Shown here: positions 46,098-55,571 of the stretch, piece after piece
Layout of the letters: each line of letters opens with the position of its first letter
Position numbering within the stretch: position 1 is the first letter of the stretch
Origin: an uncultured Collinsella sp.
GTDB lineage: Bacteria > Actinomycetota > Coriobacteriia > Coriobacteriales > Coriobacteriaceae
Direction: 5' to 3'
DNA length: 64,000 nt
Assembly: GCA_902493125.1 (NCBI GenBank)
Contig: CABUOF010000001.1
Coordinates: 1,461 to 65,460 of the forward strand
Position numbers and translations under genes: made by a program
Notes under the pieces: model-generated
What the model was told of the DNA's origin: nothing
Database searches by the model: none
Seen by the model: the letters and a program-made list of their open reading frames with translations, nothing else

Positions 46098-46994
46098 TTA
46101 TTTCTTTGGCGCGTCGATTTGAACCGTGTTGGGAATAAGCTCAGTCGCGCAGGCCCACCAGCCATTTTGCTGGGCAGCATCGGCAAGCCTTTCGGCCGTG
46201 GCAGCGGTGTCGCAAATGGCAAACGAGCAGGCACCCGATCCGCACACATCTACAGCAACGGTTCCGTCCTGTTTACGCAGCCAGTCGAGGACCGTTTGAA
46301 TCTGCGACTCCATCTGTGCGGAAATGACACCAAGGTTGTTATGGATGAGTGCATATGCCGTCTCGGCATCACCAGCACGCAAGGCAGAAGCTATCGCGCC
46401 GGGCTTGTCCGCAGGCACCGGGGCCTCGTCAAAACGTCGATAGGCTTCAATTGTCGAAACGCTTGCCTCGCGCGGCTTGACCAGCACGACGGGCGTCGCA
46501 GGCAGCGCGGGGTACTCAGTTGCCAGCACGTCTCCCCCACCTACGTAGAACGCAGGACTCGCGTGCAAAAAGAACGGGACGTCAGCACCAATGCCCCGCG
46601 CAATATCGTCGAGCGCTGGGTCGGTGCGATCAATGCCCCAGAGCTCTGCCAAGGCGACAATGACCGCGGCCGCATCCGTCGAGGGGCCGCCCAAGCCGGC
46701 GCACAATGGAATGCGCTTCTCAATCGTCACGCAGACGTTTGCCTCGCGACCATAATGCTCGGCCATAGCAACCGCAGCCCGATACGCCGTATTCTTTTGC
46801 ATGGGAAAATCTGATGCCGGAACCGTCTGGACGGTCAGCGCCTGCGACGGCGCGACCGTCACGGTATCGGAAAGACCGACGGCCGCCATCAGGGAATCGA
46901 CCCTGTGGTAGCCGCGGTCATCGCGCTCGGTATGAACCCCCAGGTAGAGGTTAATCTTTGCCGGCGCGGAAAGAGTCAGGGACCGATCGGTCAC
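46098..46994 (-). CDS. ispE: 4-diphosphocytidyl-2-C-methyl-D-erythritol kinase
   Basis: APAKINLYLGV...R.DGYH and the GHMP motif PLCAGLGGPSTDAAA. Confidence 0.9.
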   Translation of the reverse strand: MTDRSLTLSAPAKINLYLGVHTERDDRGYHRVDSLMAAVGLSDTVTVAPSQALTVQTVPASDFPMQKNTAYRAAVAMAEHYGREANVCVTIEKRIPLCAGLGGPSTDAAAVIVALAELWGIDRTDPALDDIARGIGADVPFFLHASPAFYVGGGDVLATEYPALPATPVVLVKPREASVSTIEAYRRFDEAPVPADKPGAIASALRAGDAETAYALIHNNLGVISAQMESQIQTVLDWLRKQDGTVAVDVCGSGACSFAICDTAATAERLADAAQQNGWWACATELIPNTVQIDAPKK

Positions 46995-46996
46995 CG

Positions 46997-47293
46997 TTAA
47001 TGCTCCTCGAGCTGATTGCCGAGCGGGGTAAAGATATGCTCGCCGCTCTCGGGGTCGAACAGCTCGACCTGGCCGGTGAGGACATCGATGTACTGGTAGG
47101 ACTGACGCGACTTGCGGCCGCGACGCTCGTCAACCTCGACAATGAAGACGGCCGGGTGGACGCTCTTGATGGTGCCCATGCGCTCGACGACGCGGGTACG
47201 GCCCATGTTGGCCTTCACCTTGACGCGATCGCCCACCATATCGGTCAGCTTCTCGTGGATGTCGTCGACGTGATTGACTTCCATCTCTTCCAT
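46997..47293 (-). CDS. veg: Veg-family protein (DUF1021)
   Basis: GDRVKVKANMGRTRVVERMGTIKSVHPAVFIVEVDE...SYQYIDVLTGQVEL resembles B. subtilis Veg. It lies next to ispE, as in Bacillus. Confidence 0.75.
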   Translation of the reverse strand: MEEMEVNHVDDIHEKLTDMVGDRVKVKANMGRTRVVERMGTIKSVHPAVFIVEVDERRGRKSRQSYQYIDVLTGQVELFDPESGEHIFTPLGNQLEEH

Positions 47294-47448
47294 GAACAGG
47301 GCCTCCAGAAGGTGCAATTCAAAAAGGGGACAATACCCCTAAGATAGACAAAACTCTAATACTATAGCACCCTGTTGTGGCCATACGCAAGTAGCTAAAA
47401 AAGCCCGGTCTCGAATACGTACCAGACGACAACCTCGCATGACCAGTT

Positions 47449-47476
47449 GTTACGCGGTTTGGTAAAACCGCGTAAC
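47449..47476 (-). terminator. Stop-adjacent hairpin after dtd
   Basis: Perfect 12-bp stem GTTACGCGGTTT-GGTA-AAACCGCGTAAC. Confidence 0.6.
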
Positions 47477-47923
47477 CTAAAGGTTGTCGGTGTCCAAGAC
47501 GATGGTGAATGGGCCGTCGTTGACCAGGTCGACCTTCATGTCGGCGCCAAAGATACCGTGCGCCACATGCTCAACGTCCTCGTGCACAAGCGTCAGGAAG
47601 TACTCGTAGAGCTCGTTGGCAACATCGGGTGCGCCGGCATCCGTAAACGATGGGCGGCGACCGTGGCGGCAGTCGGCGAACAGCGTGAACTGCGACACCA
47701 CGAGCACCTCGCCGTCGACATCGGCAAGTGCCAGATTGGTCTTGCCGTTCTCGTCCTCGTTGATACGCAGCCCGCGGAGCTTGCCCCACAGCTTGTCGGC
47801 CTCGGCACGCGTATCGCCATGGCCCACACCCAGCAGCACCAGGTAGCCGCGTCCAATGCGGCCCACGCACTCGCCGTCGACCGTCACGCCGGCGTTGAGC
47901 ACGCGCTGCACCACCGCACGCAT
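47477..47923 (-). CDS. dtd: D-aminoacyl-tRNA deacylase
   Basis: MRAVVQRV...[10 protein letters not shown]...VSQFTL...GRRPSF. Confidence 0.95.
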   Translation of the reverse strand: MRAVVQRVLNAGVTVDGECVGRIGRGYLVLLGVGHGDTRAEADKLWGKLRGLRINEDENGKTNLALADVDGEVLVVSQFTLFADCRHGRRPSFTDAGAPDVANELYEYFLTLVHEDVEHVAHGIFGADMKVDLVNDGPFTIVLDTDNL

Positions 47924-47926
47924 GGC

Positions 47927-48568
47927 CTACTCCTCGCCCGTCAGCTTGGCGGACAGATGCTCGAGCGCGTGGAAACGATGGCTGATGGCGTTCTTCTCGT
48001 CAGCCGTCAGCTCGGCCATGGTCTTGCCCGGCGTGTCGACCGGCAGGAACAGCGGGTCATAGCCAAAACCATGGTCGCCGCGGCCCTCGTGCGCGATAAC
48101 GCCCTCGCAGGCGCCCTCGCCATAGGTAACCAGACCGTCCGTGTCGATGAGCGCGACGACGCTCATAAAGCGCGCGGTGCGGTCCTCATCTGCCACGCCT
48201 TCCAGGTTAACGAGAAGCTTGGCGTTGTTGGCGGCATCGTCGCCGTGCACGCCCGCATAGCGCGCGCTATACACACCGGGCTCACCGTCCAGCGCGTCGA
48301 CGACCAAGCCCGAATCGTCGGCAATGGCCATAAGGCCCGTCTCCTCAACCGCGGCTTGGGCCTTGATGATGGCGTTCTCCAAAAACGTCGTGCCGTTTTC
48401 CTCGGGATCCTCAAAATCACCCAGCTGGCCGAGCGCCACAAAGCGCACCTCGGGCATGACCTTGCCCAAAATGGCCTCGATCTCGGTGAGCTTATGAGCG
48501 TTTCCGGTTGCCACGACGATGGTCGCCGCCGGGTCGAGGGTGTCGATGTCAATCTTCTCAAGTGCCAT
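47927..48568 (-). CDS. rdgB: dITP/XTP pyrophosphatase (RdgB/HAM1)
   Basis: IVVATGNAHKLTEI...EENGTTFLENA..K...GFGYDPLF. AAGGAGG RBS precedes the ATG at 48568. Confidence 0.9.
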   Translation of the reverse strand: MALEKIDIDTLDPAATIVVATGNAHKLTEIEAILGKVMPEVRFVALGQLGDFEDPEENGTTFLENAIIKAQAAVEETGLMAIADDSGLVVDALDGEPGVYSARYAGVHGDDAANNAKLLVNLEGVADEDRTARFMSVVALIDTDGLVTYGEGACEGVIAHEGRGDHGFGYDPLFLPVDTPGKTMAELTADEKNAISHRFHALEHLSAKLTGEE

Positions 48569-48660
48569 GACTGGCCTCCTTGTCTCTATAGCAATGCCGA
48601 GTTGAGGACGACGAGGACTTCGGTCTCTCTCCCGTCTCAATCAACGGCAGTCTTATACTT

Positions 48661-48712
48661 CGACGTTTTCCCAGATAAAACCTGCCAAAATTAACATCCC
48701 TTTTTGGCAGGT
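48661..48712 (-). repeat. Terminator-like repeat cassette, copy 2 (after rph stop)
   Basis: On the minus strand, TAA is followed by CCTGCCAAAAAGGGATGTTAATTTTGGCAGGTTTTATCTGGGAAAACGTCG. Compare copy 1 at 6206-6262. Confidence 0.7.
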
Positions 48713-49437
48713 TAGGCGAGGGCTTGGCGCTGAAGCTCGATGAGCTCGGCGATACCCTTGTCGCCCAGGTCGAGCAGGGCGTTGAGACGCTTGCGATCGA
48801 AGGGCGCCTGCTCGCCGGTACCCTGGAGTTCGATCATCTCACCGGAATCGGTGGCGACGAGGTTCATGTCGACCTCGGCGTGGCTGTCCTCGGAATAATC
48901 CAAGTCGAGCAGGGTGTTGCCGTCGACGACGCCCATGGAAATGGCGGCAACCTGGCCCGTGAGCGGGATGCGCTCGAGTTTGCCCGCCTCGACCCACATG
49001 GCAAGGGCGTCGTGCAGCGCCAACCAGGCACCGGTAATGCTCGCCGTACGCGTGCCGCCATCGGCCTGGATCACATCGCAGTCGACGGTAACGGTGTACT
49101 CGCCGAGCGCCTTCATGTTGACGACGGTACGCAGACTGCGGCCGATAAGCCGCTCGATCTCCATGGAGCGGCCCTTGCGGTTGGCATGCTCGCGCTTGCA
49201 GCGTTTACCGGTCGAGGCCGGCAGCATCGCATATTCCGCCGTTACCCAGCCGGCCTTGGCGCCCTTGCGCCAACCCGGCACACCCTCCTCGATGGTGGCG
49301 GCGCACAGTACGCGCGTGTCGCCGAACTCGGCCAGGCACGAGCCGTGGGCGTGCTTCATAACGCCGCGGGTGAGCTTAACGGGGCGCAACTCGTTGGCGG
49401 CGCGACCGTTAGCGCGGTTGACCTGCATGTACTCCAT
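48712..49437 (-). CDS. rph: Ribonuclease PH
   Basis: [31 protein letters not shown]...[15 protein letters not shown]. Confidence 0.95.
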   Translation of the reverse strand: MEYMQVNRANGRAANELRPVKLTRGVMKHAHGSCLAEFGDTRVLCAATIEEGVPGWRKGAKAGWVTAEYAMLPASTGKRCKREHANRKGRSMEIERLIGRSLRTVVNMKALGEYTVTVDCDVIQADGGTRTASITGAWLALHDALAMWVEAGKLERIPLTGQVAAISMGVVDGNTLLDLDYSEDSHAEVDMNLVATDSGEMIELQGTGEQAPFDRKRLNALLDLGDKGIAELIELQRQALA

Positions 49438-49491
49438 AGAAATATCCTTTCGGCAAAAGATGTGGCGAAGGCCTTGACGGCTGCCTTACAT

Positions 49492-50376
49492 CTATTTCAG
49501 CTCATCGATATCGATATGTTCGATGCTTTTGAGCGGCTGGCCAAAGATAAAGCTACCCGCCACCGCAAACTCGGCAATGTTGTCAGACGTGGTGGCAAAG
49601 CGATGCTGCGGCTCGGCTGCGTCGCCCGCCAGCTGCTCGCGGCGCGTGAGAATATCGGTCAGCTCGCGCGTGGTCTCCTCGGCGGAACTCACCACGCGCA
49701 CTCCGGGACCCAGCGCATGGCGAATAGGCCCCACGAGCAGCGGGAAATGCGTGCAGCCGAGTACCACGGTATCGATGCCACGATCGTGCAGCGGCTCGAC
49801 TGTGGCGCCAACCAGCGCGCGAACGGCTGGCGTATCAAAAATATCCTCGTTCTCGAGCCACTGCTCCTGCAGATGCGCGCCCGAGGCGAGCTCGTGCTCG
49901 ACGACCTCGACAAAGCTCGAAGCCGGGCAGCCATACACATCGACACCAGCATCCAAATCCTGGATGGCGCGCGTGTAGGCGCCCGAGCGAATGGTGAGAT
50001 TGGTGGCGAGCACGCCCACGCGACGCGTACGCGTGCTGTTGATGGCGGCGCGCGCGCCCGGGGCGATCACGCCGATCACGGGAACGTCGAGCACTTGCTG
50101 AGCCAAACGCAAGGCCGCGGCGGTCGCCGTGTTGCAGGCGATGACCATGATCTTAACGTCGTGCCTCGATAGCCAGCGGCCCGTCTGCAGCGCAAACGAG
50201 CGAACCTCGTCCTCGGTGCGGGTGCCATAAGGGCAGCGCTTAGTGTCACCGAAATAGTAGACGGACTCGTGCGGAAGTGCCGTTGCGATCGCGCGCGCGA
50301 CCGTCAAGCCGCCCAGGCCCGAGTCGAACACGCCGATCGGACGCGTGTCCCCGGCCATATTATCGATATCGGACAT
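49492..50376 (-). CDS. murI: Glutamate racemase
   Basis: IGVFDSGLGGLTV, ACNTATA and GCTHFPLL motifs. Confidence 0.92.
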   Translation of the reverse strand: MSDIDNMAGDTRPIGVFDSGLGGLTVARAIATALPHESVYYFGDTKRCPYGTRTEDEVRSFALQTGRWLSRHDVKIMVIACNTATAAALRLAQQVLDVPVIGVIAPGARAAINSTRTRRVGVLATNLTIRSGAYTRAIQDLDAGVDVYGCPASSFVEVVEHELASGAHLQEQWLENEDIFDTPAVRALVGATVEPLHDRGIDTVVLGCTHFPLLVGPIRHALGPGVRVVSSAEETTRELTDILTRREQLAGDAAEPQHRFATTSDNIAEFAVAGSFIFGQPLKSIEHIDIDELK

Positions 50377-50427
50377 TACCTCACCAGATTCTCTCTCGAA
50401 AAATGCGACCAATCGTGATGCGTCGCG

Positions 50428-51339
50428 CTACGAACGGGCTGCGACCAGCAGCTCGGCCGTTGCCACCCAACCGTCGACAATCTTGCCGCGCGTAATATAG
50501 GCATTGTCGCAGGCGTCCAAGAACTCCGGGGCACCGGCGCTCGTCAGACCGTTCTCGACCAGGCAGAACATGCCAACATGGTCGGCCATGTAGAAGTCGG
50601 ACTCGGAGTCGCCGAGCGCAAGCGTCTCCTCGCGCTCGATCCCCAGGTGCTCGCAGAAGCGCGCAATGGCAACGCCTTTGTTAAGACCCGCCGGATTGAT
50701 GTTGAAGGCGCGACCGTCCTCGACGCGATCGAGCTCGAGCGTCGTCGGCTTGGACAGGTGAGTCAGATGGCCGTTGCAAGCCCAGATCAGACCGCAGCCG
50801 GCCTCGTCCAGGATGGCCTGGACCTCATCGTCGGGCACATCGCCGCGCATGCCGACGGTGACCTCACGGTACTTGTAGCCGGTCGACATGTCGTTGTGGT
50901 ACTCGATCTTGTGCGGCCAGCGGGCAAGGATCTTCTCGCACACGCCGGTCTGCTCGATCACCTGGTGCGGAGTAAGGCCGCAGGCGGGGTCGTAAGGCAT
51001 GTCGCCGGTCAGATACTCCCAATCGTTGGCTTTGAGGTCGTACATGACCAGGCCGCCCATCTCGCCGATGTAGGAGTTGAGGCCGAGCACGCGCGCGTCC
51101 TCGTGGATCATGGTACGATTGCGGCCCGAGGTGGGAACCACCTGAATACCAGCGCGAGCGAGCGCCACGACGGCCTCGACGAGTTTGGTCGAGGGGTTGC
51201 CGTCGTTGTCGCGCAGCACGCACGAGCCGGGCGCGAGCATCGTGGCATCCAGGTCGGTAAAGACGTACTTGACCTTGGCCAAGCGCTCGCGCATCTCGCC
51301 CGAAAGCTCGGCAACGGTCGGCAGGGTGTTGTGGGACAT
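50428..51339 (-). CDS. HAD-IIB (Cof-type) hydrolase
   Basis: YVFTDLDATML (DxD), SGRN and GDSESD motifs. Confidence 0.7.
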   Translation of the reverse strand: MSHNTLPTVAELSGEMRERLAKVKYVFTDLDATMLAPGSCVLRDNDGNPSTKLVEAVVALARAGIQVVPTSGRNRTMIHEDARVLGLNSYIGEMGGLVMYDLKANDWEYLTGDMPYDPACGLTPHQVIEQTGVCEKILARWPHKIEYHNDMSTGYKYREVTVGMRGDVPDDEVQAILDEAGCGLIWACNGHLTHLSKPTTLELDRVEDGRAFNINPAGLNKGVAIARFCEHLGIEREETLALGDSESDFYMADHVGMFCLVENGLTSAGAPEFLDACDNAYITRGKIVDGWVATAELLVAARS

Positions 51340-51446
51340 GGTTACTCCGTTTACGTAGAAGGGTTTGGACTTGGACGGCATGTTTTGATTGAGGGAACAC
51401 GCTTATGGCGACAGTGCACTCAGGGCGCCGCCGCCATCATGGTTCA

Positions 51447-53009
51447 TTAGTCAAACTGGGTAACATCGATCAGGCGATTGGCCAGCGAAAGGTCGCTCTC
51501 GATGGGCACGAACTCGTCGCCCACGTGCATGAGCTCCTCGTCACCCTTTGCCAGCAGCAAGACAATGGTGGGAGCATCGGGGTTGACGTACTCCTCGCGC
51601 GCCGCCTTGAACGCCGCATGCACAGCGGCTTCGCGGTCGAGGATGATCTTGTTCGGCGTATCGTCGGGAACATGCTCGGCAAGCTCGCGACAGACCTTCA
51701 TCGGGTCCTCGTGAGCCGGGTCCTCGTTGGCAAAGATCATCAGGTCGGAATATGGTGCGGCCTCGCGCGGAAGCTGCTCGCGGCGCTCCTGCGCCTTGCC
51801 ACCGGCAGCGCCAAACACTGCGATGACCGGGCTGGCGGGAAACGCGCGCTTCACCGACGAGAAAAGCGAGCGGAACGAAAGTTGGTTGTGAGCGTAGTCA
51901 ACAACACAAATCACGAGGCCGTCCTTCGACTCCACGACCTCCATGCGGCCCGGCACACGCAGCTTGGAGAGGCCCTTCTTGATAGCCTCGATACCGATGC
52001 CGATCTCGCGCGCGGCGGCGATAGCGACCAGCGCGTTCTCCACGTTAAAGTCTCCCGCGATACCCAGCAGGACCTTCTCCCCCGCCTCGGACTCGTCGGC
52101 ACACAGGCCATGCAAGTTGAACTCGATGCCAAAGCCGACCATGCGTACGTCGCTCGCCCACAGGCTTGCCTCGGGATGCTCGACGCCAACGGTCACCAAG
52201 CGCTCGGCCGTCGACGCTGCTTCCAGCACACGGTCAACCTCTTCGGTGCCCAGATTCACCACGGCGGTCTTTGCCTGGTCAAAAATCCTGAGCTTGCTCT
52301 CAAAATAATCATCAAACGTGGGGTGTTCGATCGGCGAGATGTGGTCGCGGCCGATGTTGAGGAAGCACGCCACGTCAAACGGCAGATTCTCGACGCGTTG
52401 GTACTTGAGCGCCTGGCTCGAGACCTCCATGACCATGGACTTGCGACCGGACGTGCGGCAGTTGGCGATATGGCGCCAGACCTCGGGGGCCTCGGGCGTA
52501 GTATTGGTGCTCTCGTAGCACTCGATACCATCGTCGGTACTCACCGAGCCGATCATGCCGCAGGACTCGCCCGCCGCCTTGATGATGGACTGGAGCATAA
52601 AAGCGGCCGTGGTCTTTCCCTTGGTGCCGGTGATGCCCACGATCTTGACGTCGTGGTCGGGACGGTCGTAGACCTCCGGCGGCAACAGGGCCATGGCCGT
52701 GCGAACACTATCAACAACCAGCATCGCAGCACCGCTCTCCTTCGCCAGCGGCTCCAGAGACTCGACCAGCGACTCCTCGCACACAAATGCGACGGCGCCC
52801 GCATCGAGCGCCATGCTCAAAAACGCGGGCTTAAAGGCAGCACCTTTGCAAAAGAATACGTCACCTGCCGAGACCACGCGCGAATCAAACGAGCAGCCGG
52901 TCACGGCACGCTCGTCAACCTGCTCTGATGCGCGCAGCTCGCCGCACACGTCGAGAAGCTTGGCAAGCGTATCGACCGTGGTCACGGTCGCGGAATCCGA
53001 ATGGTGCAT
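51447..53009 (-). CDS. Mur ligase family protein, MurE-like
   Basis: VGITGTKGKTTAAFML P-loop, Mur ligase middle and C-terminal domains. The motif ...FANEDPAHEDP occupies the position of DNPR. Confidence 0.8.
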   Translation of the reverse strand: MHHSDSATVTTVDTLAKLLDVCGELRASEQVDERAVTGCSFDSRVVSAGDVFFCKGAAFKPAFLSMALDAGAVAFVCEESLVESLEPLAKESGAAMLVVDSVRTAMALLPPEVYDRPDHDVKIVGITGTKGKTTAAFMLQSIIKAAGESCGMIGSVSTDDGIECYESTNTTPEAPEVWRHIANCRTSGRKSMVMEVSSQALKYQRVENLPFDVACFLNIGRDHISPIEHPTFDDYFESKLRIFDQAKTAVVNLGTEEVDRVLEAASTAERLVTVGVEHPEASLWASDVRMVGFGIEFNLHGLCADESEAGEKVLLGIAGDFNVENALVAIAAAREIGIGIEAIKKGLSKLRVPGRMEVVESKDGLVICVVDYAHNQLSFRSLFSSVKRAFPASPVIAVFGAAGGKAQERREQLPREAAPYSDLMIFANEDPAHEDPMKVCRELAEHVPDDTPNKIILDREAAVHAAFKAAREEYVNPDAPTIVLLLAKGDEELMHVGDEFVPIESDLSLANRLIDVTQFD

Positions 53010-53121
53010 CTTTCACCTTTCTCAGCCATTTGGCAGGGACGGTTTTTATAGTAACTGAAACGCACCCACGCAAAAACGGCTCCCGGAGGAGCCGTTACGC
53101 GCAGGCGTTCGTAAGCCGAGG

Positions 53122-55002
53122 CTAGGCAGCCTGAACAGCGGGCTGGTCCTCGTCGATAAAGAAGCGCTTGTACCACACCAGGAACACGAGCGGCGTATAG
53201 ATCTTGCGCTGGAAATCGCCCTTGCCCGCAAAGTGCAGATCGAGCAGGTGCATGAGCTCGTCGGTATTGAAGAACTCACTTGCCCACGGCGCGGTGAAGT
53301 ACTCCTTGACATAGTCGTACCACTTTTGCTCGCGCAGCCAGTAGACAATCGGCACCGGGAAGCCCACCTTGGGACGGGTGGCCCACTCATCGGGCAGCGA
53401 CTTGTTGGCAGCGTGGCGGAGTACCTGCTTGTTGCCGTTCTCGTTGATGCGGTAGCGATCGGGAATGTGCTCGGCGAACTCCATGACTTTGCGGTCCAGG
53501 AAGGGCACGCGCAGCTCCAGCGAGTGCGCCATGCACATCTTGTCGGCCTTGAGCAGAATGTCGCCCGGGAGCCACATGTTCATGTCCAGGTACTGCTTCT
53601 TGACCAGTTCGGGCTGACCCTTCACGCGTGCGTAGATGGGTGCAGCGAGCTCAAAGGCGCCGTCGCCGGTGTTGTACTCGGGCTTGAGCACGCCGTCGAC
53701 CTCGCGCTCCGGCCATACCAGAGCCTGTCCCAGGAACGACTTCTCGGGGATCTCGGCACCCTTGACCAGGAAGTTATGTCCCTTGAAGTACGGCATATGC
53801 AGCGCCAGGTTACCGAGCGCGCGACGGATGGGCAGCGGCACCATCTTTTTGTACTTGCGCACCGGAACCGTGTCCTCGTAGTAGGCGTAGCCGCCAAAAA
53901 GCTCGTCGGCACCTTCGCCCGAAAGCACGACGGTGACGTCTTTGCGAGCCATCTCGGCCAAGAACCACAGCGGCACGGAAGACAGGTTGGACTGCGGCTC
54001 GTCCATGTGATACTGGATGTCCTCGAGTGCACCGAAGAACTCGTCGGCGGTAATCATCTTGCGAACGTTCTCGACGCCGAGCTTATCGGAAAGCTCCTTG
54101 GCGTAGTTGGTCTCGTTGAAGTTCTTGTAGTCAAAGCCCACCGAGAAGGTCTTGTCGGGCATGAGGCAAGCGGCAATATAGCTGGAGTCGACGCCGCCGG
54201 AGAGGAACGACGCGACCTTGACGTCGGCGATGCGATGGGCCTCGACACTCTCGTGCACGACCTCGTCCAGCTCATCGACGTACTCCTCGAACGGCTTCTC
54301 GACGGCAGAGTAATCGCAATCCCAGTAGCGCTCGATGTTCATCTTGCCGGTCGGGATATCGACGGTAAAGTAGTGCGCCGGCGGCAGCTTGTAGACACCC
54401 TCGAAGAAGGTCTCCTCGGTTGCCGAATACTGCAGCGTCATGTACGGACGCAGAGCCTTTTTGTTGACCGCCTTGTGGAAGTGCGGGTAGTCCAGGAAGC
54501 TCTTGATCTCGGAACCAAAGAGCACGCCCGGAGCGCCGTCGCCCGCATCAGCCATGGGATAGTAGTAAAGCGGCTTGATGCCAAAGATGTCGCGGGCGCC
54601 AAAAAGCTTGTTCTTCTTTTTGTCCCAGATGACGAAGGCGTACATACCGCGCAGGCGATCGAGGACGGCCTCGCCCCACTCCTCGTAGCCGTGCAGGAGA
54701 CTCTCGGTGTCGGCGCCGCAGTGGAACTTGTAGCCCTTGGCCTCGAGCTCGGAACGGAGTTCTTGGAAGTTGTAGATCTCGCCGTTGAAGACAATGACGA
54801 CGCTGCCGTCCTCATTGGCCATGGGCTGGGCGCCGGCCTCGGTCAGGTCGAGGATCGACAGGCGGCGGAAGCCGAGGGCAACGCGGCCGTCGATAAACTG
54901 ACCGCCCATGTCGGGACCGCGATGGACGATGCGGTCCATCATCTTGGTGAGCACCTCGGATTGGTTATCCGTCCCACCGACAAAACCGACAAAACCGCAC
55001 AT
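53122..55002 (-). CDS. asnB: Asparagine synthase (glutamine-hydrolysing), AsnB family
   Basis: N-terminal MCGF (Ntn Cys2) and the SGGVDSS PP-loop. Confidence 0.9.
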   Translation of the reverse strand: MCGFVGFVGGTDNQSEVLTKMMDRIVHRGPDMGGQFIDGRVALGFRRLSILDLTEAGAQPMANEDGSVVIVFNGEIYNFQELRSELEAKGYKFHCGADTESLLHGYEEWGEAVLDRLRGMYAFVIWDKKKNKLFGARDIFGIKPLYYYPMADAGDGAPGVLFGSEIKSFLDYPHFHKAVNKKALRPYMTLQYSATEETFFEGVYKLPPAHYFTVDIPTGKMNIERYWDCDYSAVEKPFEEYVDELDEVVHESVEAHRIADVKVASFLSGGVDSSYIAACLMPDKTFSVGFDYKNFNETNYAKELSDKLGVENVRKMITADEFFGALEDIQYHMDEPQSNLSSVPLWFLAEMARKDVTVVLSGEGADELFGGYAYYEDTVPVRKYKKMVPLPIRRALGNLALHMPYFKGHNFLVKGAEIPEKSFLGQALVWPEREVDGVLKPEYNTGDGAFELAAPIYARVKGQPELVKKQYLDMNMWLPGDILLKADKMCMAHSLELRVPFLDRKVMEFAEHIPDRYRINENGNKQVLRHAANKSLPDEWATRPKVGFPVPIVYWLREQKWYDYVKEYFTAPWASEFFNTDELMHLLDLHFAGKGDFQRKIYTPLVFLVWYKRFFIDEDQPAVQAA

Positions 55003-55199
55003 ATACTATCCCCTCTGCTGTTGCTGGGCATCAAATCGAATCAGTAGCTTTTGAGTATACCCGAGGGCGTAAAGAGGGGCGGAATGTTCAGGCAATCTCA
55101 ACTGAATCAGCTCCGCTGTGACACGCTGTGACACGCGCCGGTTACCTTTAATGGATATGAGGTGAATGGGGCGATTGTTTTGCTATACTCTCTCCGCAC

Positions 55200-55275
55200 G
55201 GGCGATTGGCGCAACGGTTAGCGCAGGTGCTTTACACGCACAAGGCTGGGGGTTCGAATCCCTCATCGCCCACCA
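55200..55275 (+). tRNA. tRNA-Val (TAC)
   Basis: Anticodon loop TTTACAC, acceptor GGGCGAT/ATCGCCC, encoded CCA. TATACT -10-like box at 55184-55189. Confidence 0.9.
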
Positions 55276-55284
55276 TTGAATTGG

Positions 55285-55315
55285 AAACGGTCCTCGAAAG
55301 GGGACCGTTTTTGTT
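55285..55315 (+). terminator. Rho-independent terminator after tRNA-Val
   Basis: Stem AAACGGTCC / GGACCGTTT followed by TTGTTT. Confidence 0.7.
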
Positions 55316-55441
55316 TGGGCCCATTTCATGGGATTCGAACCCGCAAGGGTGCGGAGCTGAGGAAACGCGAAGCGTTTTCCAGCGCAGCACGCGAGGAGCG
55401 AAGCGACGAAGCGGATGCGGGCGGCGGAGCCGCACGCGGAC

Positions 55442-55459
55442 ATCCCTCATCGCCCACCA
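55442..55459 (+). repeat. Exact 18-nt duplicate of the tRNA-Val 3' end (ATCCCTCATCGCCCACCA)
   Basis: Identical to 55258-55275. It is followed by its own terminator (55470-55500) and by a second copy of CATGGGATTCGAACCCGC (55327-55344 and 55512-55529). Confidence 0.85.
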
Positions 55460-55469
55460 CTGATTTGAT

Positions 55470-55500
55470 AGGCCTCCAGCGATGGAGGCCTTTCCTTTTT
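55470..55500 (+). terminator. Rho-independent terminator after the duplicated tRNA 3' end
   Basis: Stem AGGCCTCC / GGAGGCCT followed by TTCCTTTTT. Confidence 0.65.
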
Positions 55501-55571
55501 CATGCCCAGCGCATGGGATTCGAACCCGCCAGCACGTCTGTCACAAAGGCCGTGGTCAAAAAATGGCAAAA

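Noticed and set aside
55327-55540. tRNA-like GGGATTCGAACCC segments as extra tRNA genes on the minus strand.
   Set aside because: Only a T-arm-like piece is present. I could not build an acceptor stem, D-arm or anticodon arm. They are treated as tRNA-derived repeat blocks.
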